The position numbers and the translations under genes were made by a program. A model generated the notes under the pieces. It made no database searches. It saw only the letters and a list, made by a program, of their open reading frames with translations, and was not told the origin of the DNA. 24,000 nt of DNA from Propionibacteriales bacterium (GTDB taxonomy: Bacteria; Actinomycetota; Actinomycetes; Propionibacteriales; Nocardioidaceae), in NCBI GenBank assembly GCA_025929075.1, contig JAICMS010000006.1, forward strand, positions 26,500-50,499, read 5' to 3'. This document shows, one piece after another, positions 15,870-23,000 of this stretch (its first letter is position 1; each line of letters begins with the position of its first letter).

Positions 15870-16975
15870 TGGGTGCGGGACCGGTCATCCCGGTCGAGTC
15901 TGTCGAGGTGGCGGCGTACACGATCCCCACTGAACAGCCCGAGGCCGACGGCACGTTGGAGTGGGACTCGACTGGGGTGCTGCTCGTCCAGGCACATGCC
16001 GCCGGCAAGGTGGGGCTCGGTTACAGCTACACCCAGGTCGGCGCGACCGAAGTGGTGAGGGGAAAGCTTGCCTCGGTCGTGCAGGGTTGCGACGCCCTGA
16101 GGGTCGGCGCGGCCTGGACGCAGATGTGGTCCGCGGTGCGCAACTACGGGCAGACGGGCGTCGTCTCGATGGCGATCTCTGCAGTCGATATCGCGCTGTG
16201 GGACCTCAAGGCACGCCTGCTGGACCGGCCCCTCGTCGACGTACTCGACGCCGTACACGACTCGACACCGATCTACGGCAGCGGCGGCTTCTGCAACTAC
16301 ACCGACCAGCAGCTTTCCGACCAGCTCAGCGGCTGGGTCGAGGTCGGAATACCGCGGGTCAAGATGAAGACCGGCCGCGACCCGGACCGCGACCCGGAGC
16401 GGCTCCGTGTCGCCCGGCACGCCATCGGGGACGACGTTGCGCTGTTCACCGACGCGAACGGGGCGTTCAGCAGGTCAGACGCCGTGGAGTGGGCGCACCG
16501 CTATGCCGACGCCGGCGTGCGGTGGTTCGAGGAGCCGGTGACCTCCGACGACCTGCCCGGGCTACACCTGGTCCGCGACCGGGCGCCGGGTGGGCTCGAC
16601 GTCGCGGCCGGCGAGTATGGCTGGAACCTGCCCTACTTCCAGCGCATGCTCGACGCCGAGGCGGTGCACTGCCTGCAGGCCGATGTGACCAGGTGTGGCG
16701 GCATCTCGAGCTTCCTGCGCGTCGGGGCACTCTGTGACGCTCGCAGCATCGACCTGTCCGCTCACTGCGCGCCGCAGATCAGCGCTCAGGTGTGCACCGC
16801 GATCTGGCACCTGCGGCACCTCGAGTACTTCCACGACCACAATCGGATCGAGCACATGATGTTCGACGGTTGCCTCGAGCCAGAGTCTGGCGGCGTGCTC
16901 CGGCCGGACCGCAGCCGAGTTGGCTGCGGGTTGTCGGTCAAGTGGGCCGACATCGAGCAGTGGCGGGCTGCGTAG
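15866..16975 (+). CDS. Enolase-superfamily enzyme, mandelate racemase / muconate lactonizing enzyme family
   Basis: 369 aa with the KxK motif (RVKMKTG) and metal ligands in DANGAF, FEEP and AAGEYG. It has the N-terminal capping-domain pattern (AISAVDIALWDLKARLLDRPL). The start may be GTG 15866 or ATG 15869. Confidence 0.9.
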   Translation: MMGAGPVIPVESVEVAAYTIPTEQPEADGTLEWDSTGVLLVQAHAAGKVGLGYSYTQVGATEVVRGKLASVVQGCDALRVGAAWTQMWSAVRNYGQTGVVSMAISAVDIALWDLKARLLDRPLVDVLDAVHDSTPIYGSGGFCNYTDQQLSDQLSGWVEVGIPRVKMKTGRDPDRDPERLRVARHAIGDDVALFTDANGAFSRSDAVEWAHRYADAGVRWFEEPVTSDDLPGLHLVRDRAPGGLDVAAGEYGWNLPYFQRMLDAEAVHCLQADVTRCGGISSFLRVGALCDARSIDLSAHCAPQISAQVCTAIWHLRHLEYFHDHNRIEHMMFDGCLEPESGGVLRPDRSRVGCGLSVKWADIEQWRAA

Positions 16976-17056
16976 TCGCCAGTAGCAGGTTGGGTGAGAT
17001 TTTCGGCGCTCTGGCGGACAAAAAGTCACCCGACCTCCGGCCGGACGCGTCCATGG

Positions 17057-17521
17057 CTACTGCGTGAACAGCCGAGACGGGTCGGCGAACGCCTTGAACT
17101 CCAGCGCGTTTCCGGAGGGGTCGAGGAGGAACATCGTCCACTGCTCTCCGGGCTCTCCCGCAAACCGCACATAGGGATCGATGATGAAGTCGACGTCGGC
17201 GGTCCGCAGCCGCTGTGCGAGCGCATGGAAGTCGCCCACGGACAGGACCAGACCGAAGTGGGGGACCGGTACGTCGTGGCCGTCGACCTCGTTTGTGCCT
17301 GCGACCGCAGCGTGGTACCCGTCGACCTGGTGGGTGACCATCTGATGGCCGGCCAGGTTCCAGTCGACCCACCTGACGTCGGAGCGGCCTTGGCCCAGAC
17401 CGAGGACGTCACCGTAGAAGTGGCGCGCAGCATCGATGTCATGCACCGGAATCGCCAAGTGAAACGGGGGAAGCGACTGCAGAGCCGGTGACACAACGTG
17501 CACTCTAACGGCAGCGCGCAT
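17057..17521 (-). CDS. VOC (glyoxalase/bleomycin resistance/extradiol dioxygenase) family protein
   Basis: PFHLAIPVHDIDAARHFYGDVLGL...VPHFGLVL...MFLLDPSGNALEFK is typical of the VOC fold. The start is uncertain, with candidates ATG 17521, GTG 17524 and GTG 17494. Confidence 0.8.
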   Translation of the reverse strand: MRAAVRVHVVSPALQSLPPFHLAIPVHDIDAARHFYGDVLGLGQGRSDVRWVDWNLAGHQMVTHQVDGYHAAVAGTNEVDGHDVPVPHFGLVLSVGDFHALAQRLRTADVDFIIDPYVRFAGEPGEQWTMFLLDPSGNALEFKAFADPSRLFTQ

Positions 17522-17766
17522 CACGCCAGACTCATTCCATGGCTTGCTTCCCTTCGTACGGACATGTGCAGAGAGCCGTCCAACCTGCCGACGGTAGCGA
17601 AGCAGGCGAGGCTCTATCGGTTGGCGAGCTCGTCAGGCGCGTGGATGTGGTGCGCGCTCTGCGCTCGTCGATGCCGTACGAGCTGGTTCTCGCACCGCAT
17701 TGAGCACACCGCCCTCTTCGACGCGATCAGGTTCATCACAGCGGCCAGTTAGGGACGGAGCAGGTG

Positions 17767-18801
17767 TCAGTGTCCAGCTCCTGCCAGACGCATCGACGCG
17801 ACGAAGCCGAGGCCTGGGGTGAGGCGTTTCACGCGGCCGTGCGTGTCGTCCAAGACCCAGAGAGAGCCGAACCCCGAGCGCACCACAGACGCGTCACCGC
17901 CGATCGGCAGGGTCTGGTCGATGTCTCCGGTGACCGGGTCGCGCTGCTCAAGAGTTCCGTCGAAGCCGATGCCGGTCTGGCGGTGGACTCTCGCGTCATA
18001 GGCGACCCAAAGAGAGCCGTCCAGCGTGGTCATCGCGTTGAGGTAGCCCGGATCGTAGTCGTCCTGTTGGAGTGTCGCCCCCGTAGAGGGCTCCAACTGG
18101 TAGAGCGTGTTAGAGCAGTGGTCCACCGACCAGAGGGTCTGTCCTGCTGCTTGTAAATCTCCGCAGAAGTAGTCATCGGTCGCGTTCTGACTCACGACCG
18201 AGTTTGTGGTCGGGTCGATCGTGGTGATTGGCAGGTCACCGTTGGACGCGCCGACGTAGATGTACTGGTCGTCGGAAGTGATGTCTTGGGGCCCATTCCG
18301 GAAGGTGTGGGCCTGTCCCGCGGGGAGAGTGGCGATTACCTTGTTCGTGGCCGGGTCAATGCGGCTCACCGACGAGCCGTGGTGGTTTGACACCCAGACC
18401 GATCCGAAGGCGACGTGGACTGCATACGGCTGCAAGCCGACCTTGACGCGCGCTACAACATGGCCCGAGGCATCGATCCGCTCGACGGTGTTGTCGTAGT
18501 ACATAGCGACCCAGAGCGAGTGGAACCCTACGCCGAAGCCGCCGGCTGCTGAGTCGAGGGTGAAGGCGTCGGTCACCCCGTCGGTCGCGGGATCGATGCG
18601 GTAGATGACTGAGTACGACTGCTCGTCGTCCTCGAGCACCCACATCGACCCGAGTCCTTCCCGCATGTCGTAGTAGCCGGGCGGAATCGTGACGTTGTCA
18701 GCGCGGGCCGGGCTGGCACCCGCCGGGGCCGGTATCGTCAGGAAGACGAGGGCGGTGGTCGCGGCAAGGCATGCTACGGCGCGAAGCGAATATCTGAGCA
18801 T
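17767..18801 (-). CDS. Secreted 7-repeat beta-propeller protein (YVTN/NHL-like repeats), paralogue A
   Basis: 344 aa with a signal peptide (MLRYSLRAVACLAATTALVFLTIPAPAGA). It has seven units of ~45 aa with the pattern G-S-x-W-V-x(6-9)-V-x-R-I-D-P-x-T-N-x-V (e.g. GSVWVSNHHGSSVSRIDPATNKV). GGGAG SD lies 5 nt upstream. It starts 16 nt after the stop of paralogue B. Confidence 0.8.
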   Translation of the reverse strand: MLRYSLRAVACLAATTALVFLTIPAPAGASPARADNVTIPPGYYDMREGLGSMWVLEDDEQSYSVIYRIDPATDGVTDAFTLDSAAGGFGVGFHSLWVAMYYDNTVERIDASGHVVARVKVGLQPYAVHVAFGSVWVSNHHGSSVSRIDPATNKVIATLPAGQAHTFRNGPQDITSDDQYIYVGASNGDLPITTIDPTTNSVVSQNATDDYFCGDLQAAGQTLWSVDHCSNTLYQLEPSTGATLQQDDYDPGYLNAMTTLDGSLWVAYDARVHRQTGIGFDGTLEQRDPVTGDIDQTLPIGGDASVVRSGFGSLWVLDDTHGRVKRLTPGLGFVASMRLAGAGH

Positions 18802-18817
18802 GGGAACTCCCGGAGGA

Positions 18818-19837
18818 TCAGAACGGCGTGACGCGGAGCACGCGGTTGGTGTATTGGAAGTTGTTGGTCCACAGGCTGTCGCCGAGCCCGATCACGTCGA
18901 AGGCGTCCGACCCGACCGGTTGGGTGGCGACGACGTCGCCGGTCATCAAGTCGCGCTTCACGAGGCTGCCGCCGCGGCATGCATACGTGCGCGGGTGGAA
19001 GGCGTCCTGCGCGGTGTACAGGACTCCGTCGAAGACCGCAGCACCGAGCAGGCAGTCGTCGACGGTGAAGCTGGCGGCGATGGAGTGTGAGGTCAGGTCG
19101 TAGCGGCTCACGGTGTTGCTGCAGTCGCTGTCGTCGAGCCAGAAGCCGTCCGGGGCTTCCAGGATCCGGCCGCACGCGGCCGCCGGTGCGACGTTCTCAG
19201 TTTGGACCACCGTGTTGGTCGCTGGGTCGATGCGGACCACCTGATCGGAGTCCGGCACGGTTGCCCAGACCGAGTCGCCGATGATCGCCAGTCGATTCGG
19301 TCCGCCGAAGAAGTGCTGAGGATCCCCGACCGAGATCGTGGCCATCACTTTGTTGGTGGCGGGGTCGATTCGGGAGACGGTGGCCGCGGTGAGATTCGCG
19401 ACGAAGACGGAGCCGAAGCCGGCGACGACGTCCGACGGCGTGCGTCCGGCGGGGATCTTCGCGACGAGTTGAGCCGTTGCGGCGTCCACTCGGTCGACGC
19501 GGTTGCGATAGTAGTCGGAAACCCAAATGCTGCCGCTCCCCGCGGCTATCGATCCGGGCAGGATGTCATCACCGCTGACCTGTCCGCCACCCAGCCGTAC
19601 CACGGCCGTCACCTGGTTTGTGGTGGGGTCGATGCGTGACAAGTAGCTGCGCGAACCCTGGCTCAGGGCCCAGATGCTCCCGTATCCCGCACCCTCGTAG
19701 GCGGGGCCCGGCTTCACGGGTATCACAGCCTCCACGTCCGTGGGGCGCGAGAACTGTTGGCCGGCAGCGGTGGCCGGCAACGCAAGGGCGAGGAGCGCGG
19801 CAATGGCGAGCGGTACGGCCCAACGGCCTCGGCTCAT
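18818..19837 (-). CDS. Secreted 7-repeat beta-propeller protein, paralogue B
   Basis: In frame in track ORF 18818..20230. I chose ATG 19837 because it gives a signal peptide (MSRGRWAVPLAIAALLALALPATAAG). The upstream 131 codons run antisense across the intergenic region and the regulator start. It has the same repeat pattern as paralogue A (GSVFVANLTAATVSRIDPATNKV). Confidence 0.8.
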   Translation of the reverse strand: MSRGRWAVPLAIAALLALALPATAAGQQFSRPTDVEAVIPVKPGPAYEGAGYGSIWALSQGSRSYLSRIDPTTNQVTAVVRLGGGQVSGDDILPGSIAAGSGSIWVSDYYRNRVDRVDAATAQLVAKIPAGRTPSDVVAGFGSVFVANLTAATVSRIDPATNKVMATISVGDPQHFFGGPNRLAIIGDSVWATVPDSDQVVRIDPATNTVVQTENVAPAAACGRILEAPDGFWLDDSDCSNTVSRYDLTSHSIAASFTVDDCLLGAAVFDGVLYTAQDAFHPRTYACRGGSLVKRDLMTGDVVATQPVGSDAFDVIGLGDSLWTNNFQYTNRVLRVTPF

Positions 19838-19916
19838 TCTCCACTGAGGGTCATCTTTCACGGATGTCGCCTTCCTGACGGCAGCTGTCGGTGTTAGCCC
19901 ACAGCCTCGATGCGGC

Positions 19917-19937
19917 CGGTGGAAGTTCGGTGGAAGT
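19917..19937. promoter_or_regulatory. Two 10-bp direct repeats CGGTGGAAGT with 11-bp phasing in the divergent intergenic region (candidate SARP-binding site)
   Basis: Exact copies read directly at 19917-19926 and 19928-19937. On the minus strand the repeats end 8 nt before a -10-like GAGGCT (19908-19903), about 65 nt upstream of the propeller-B ATG. Confidence 0.4.
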
Positions 19938-20014
19938 GCCCGCGCATCCCGCTTGACCAGCCATGATGCGGCGGAACGGCTGCCGTGGGAGGGGAGGTCG
20001 TCTAACGTTCGAGC

Positions 20015-23000
20015 ATGTGGTTCGGCGTGCTGGGGGCGCTGGCCGCACGCCAAGACGACGGGGGGCACGTGTCCATCCCCGGCCCTGCGCGCCGGCTGCT
20101 CTTGGCGGCGCTGATCTCTCGGGTCGGAGAGACCGTAACGCCGTCGGTTCTGGTCGAAGACCTGTGGGGTGACACGCCTCCGGCGACCGCCGGCAAGACC
20201 TTGCACAGTCATGTGCGCCGTCTCCGTCATGACCTGTCGGGTTCCAGCGACGACCGCGATTGGATCGTCACCGAACCCGGGGGCTACCGGCTAGACCTGG
20301 CTGCCGAGTCGATCGATGCCGGCTGCTTCGAGGCGGCCCTCACCGCCGGACTCGCGGCTCTGGGCAGCGGCGACGCCAAGGAGGCGCTGCCCCGCCTGGA
20401 TGCGGCTCTGGGCTGGTGGCGCGGCGTGCCGTACGCCGAGTTTCCTGACGCTGAGTTCGCCATCAGGGAGCGGCTTCACCTGACCGAACGGCACGCACTC
20501 GCGCACGAAGCGCGAATAGACGCCGCCCTCCTCCTGGGTCAGGGCGCGTCGCTGGTCGCCGACCTTGAGGCCCAGTTACTTCTCGACCCATATCGGGAGC
20601 GGTCCTGGGAGCAACTCATGATCGCGTTGTGGCGGGCCGGTCGCCAAAGCGACGCGCTGGCCGCGTTCCAGCGTGGGCGCAGGACGCTGGTAGACGACCT
20701 CGGCATCGAACCTGGCCCCGGTCTCCGCGCGCTCGAGGAGCGCATTCTTTCCCACGATGAGTCACTGCTAATACCGGCGACGTACCGGACCGAGAGGATC
20801 GAGGCTCCGGTCAGCCGCGCTGGCCCGGTCTGCCCGTATCAAGGGCTTGCAGCCTACGACGAGCAGGACGCAGGCCTCTTCGTCGCTCGCGAACACGCGG
20901 TCGCACGTCTCGTCGGCCTCGTCGATGGCGGTGGCGTTGTCGTCGTGACCGGGCCTAGCGGCGTCGGAAAGTCGTCACTCGTGCGGGCCGGCCTGATACC
21001 CGCCCTGCGCAGCGGCGCCTTGCCCGGGTCCAGCAACTGGCGGTGCGCGGTGGCGAATGCCGGAGACCTCGCGAACCTTTCGCCGCCGAAAGTTGATGTC
21101 CTGGTGGTCGACCAGGCCGAGGAGATCTTCACGGTGCCCCCGGAACGCGAAGGCAGACGCGTCCGCCAAGGCGTGCTCGCCGGCATGTCCGCGTCAACGG
21201 TCATCATGGTGGTGCGTGCAGACAGGTACGTCGACCTCGCGGCGATGCCGGAGGTTTCGCACCGGCTCCTGTCCGCGCCGCTGGTGGTGGGGTCCCTGAC
21301 GGAGACGGAGCTGGCCCGCGTGGTCACCGAGCCGGCTCGTCGTCTAGGCCTGGACTACGAGCCCGAGCTGGTCGACGAGATTCTGGCCGACGTCCGCGGG
21401 CAACCTGAGGCCCTTCCGATGCTGTCTCAAGCGCTGCTGCGGACCTGGGCCAATCGGCACGGCCGATGGCTCACCGTCGAGGGATACCGGGCGGGCGGTG
21501 GGGTGAGCGGTGCCCTCGAAGCGGCGGCCGAAGAGGTCTACCTGGATCTCGATGAACAGACCCGCGACGACGTTCGTCGACTCCTGCTCAGAATGGCCAC
21601 GTTCGACGCGGGCATGTGGTCGCGCCGGCCCGTGCTCACCGAACAGCTCGGCTCCCTCGGCATCCACCGGCTCGACGAGACGGTCACCCTGCTCGCCGAC
21701 CGCCGCCTCGTGACGGTCACGGAGAAACGCGTCGAGCTGATCCACGAGGCGCTCCTCACCCGTTGGCCGCGGCTGCGCTCGTGGCTCGATGCAAGGGCCG
21801 CTATGGCACCGGCAGCCGAGCGCCTCGCTGACGCGTCGCGGGCCTGGGCGGACACCGATCGGCCCGAAAGCGATCTTTATCGGGGACTGCGCCTGCAGGA
21901 GGCGCTTGCTTGGCAGGCCTCCGGTGGTGCCGACCTGAGTCCGGTCGAAACCGAGTTTCTAGCGGCTTCCCGAGCCGCGTCCGATGAGGAGATTCGTCGC
22001 GCCGAAGCGCAGGTTGTTGCGGATGCGCGCAGTAGGCGTCGCCTGCGCAATGCCGTCGCAGGGCTGACCGCGTTCGCCGTTCTCGCCCTCACCGGATTGG
22101 GGGTCGCCCTCCACGAGCGCGCGGTGGCTCAACAGGATGCGCTGGTCTCGGAGGCGAGCGCCCTCGCTTCCCTGTCCCACACGGTGCCCGACGTGCGAAC
22201 CTCGCTGCTGCTGGCGGTCGCCGGATACCGGCTAAACGACGACGCCGATACCCGCTCTGCACTGCTGTCCGCGGTGGAAAGCGCGAGCTCCATCCGCTGG
22301 AGAATCCCCACCCCGGTCGGCCCGGACGACCTGGTGGCGAACACCAACGGGCACCTGTGGCTGACCCACCAGTCGGCGGGTATCAACGAGTATGACGCAG
22401 GGAGCAGACGACTGGTCGCCGAGTTGCCGAGCGTGGCCCCGACTCTGGACGCTGTCTCTCCGGATGGTCGCACCCTCGTGGTGTCCGGACCGGCTTCCTT
22501 CCCCGCGACCACCACGACCGGCCGTGTCGACATACTGAACGCCCACACCGGAGCAGTCATCACCGAGCTGCACATCCACGGCACGCAGCGTCGAGTCGGC
22601 ACGTGGTCGTCAGCGGCGTTCACCGGCGACGGCCGCTGGCTCGCCGTGATCGTCGGACGGCCCAGCCACGATCTGCTCGGGGGCGCCCTGCAGCCGAGCC
22701 GCACTGTGGCCGTGTTCGACACCAGCGACTACTCCCGCCCCCCACACGTGCTGCGTGTCGATGCGCCCATCACGCAACTCGCCGCGGGCACGAGTGCTCT
22801 CGCGATCGGGACGGCGACGGGGCACCTCGTGGAGTTCACCCTGCGCGACGACGCGGCGGGTTTCCGCGCGATCTCCTCACGCGTCGCGGAGCACAGTTCG
22901 GGACGGGGGCCTTTCTCATTGTCGCCCGACGGCCGGTACATCGCGACGACTGCTCCAGGTCGCCCGCGGCTCGTCCGTGTGATATCGGCTTCGCCGCCGA

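Noticed and set aside
16976-17056. Adjacent 10-bp palindromes TCCGGCCGGA (17036-17045) and GGACGCGTCC (17043-17052) and a long-loop CGCCAG/CTGGCG pairing between the convergent enolase-family and VOC genes
   Set aside because: Zero-loop palindromes cannot form stable hairpins, the alternative stem has a 28-nt loop, and no convincing terminator is present. They could be restriction-type palindromes occurring by chance in GC-rich DNA.
17507-17538. GGAAT (minus strand, 17538-17534) as a possible SigH/SigR -35 element upstream of the VOC gene
   Set aside because: The nearest downstream GTT is 24 nt away, whereas the SigH/SigR consensus requires about 18 nt.
17525-17766. Small ORFs in the lower-GC gap between the VOC gene and propeller A (track 17498..17752 +, and a 40-aa minus ORF 17614..17736)
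   Set aside because: Both have only moderate GC3 (about 80%), no SD and no recognisable motif, and they are mutually antisense, so I could not decide between them. The region may hold gene remnants or the terminator of the propeller operon.
19838-20230. N-terminal 131-codon extension of track ORF 18818..20230
   Set aside because: It crosses the divergent intergenic region and is antisense to the regulator start. ATG 19837 gives a signal peptide matching paralogue A.
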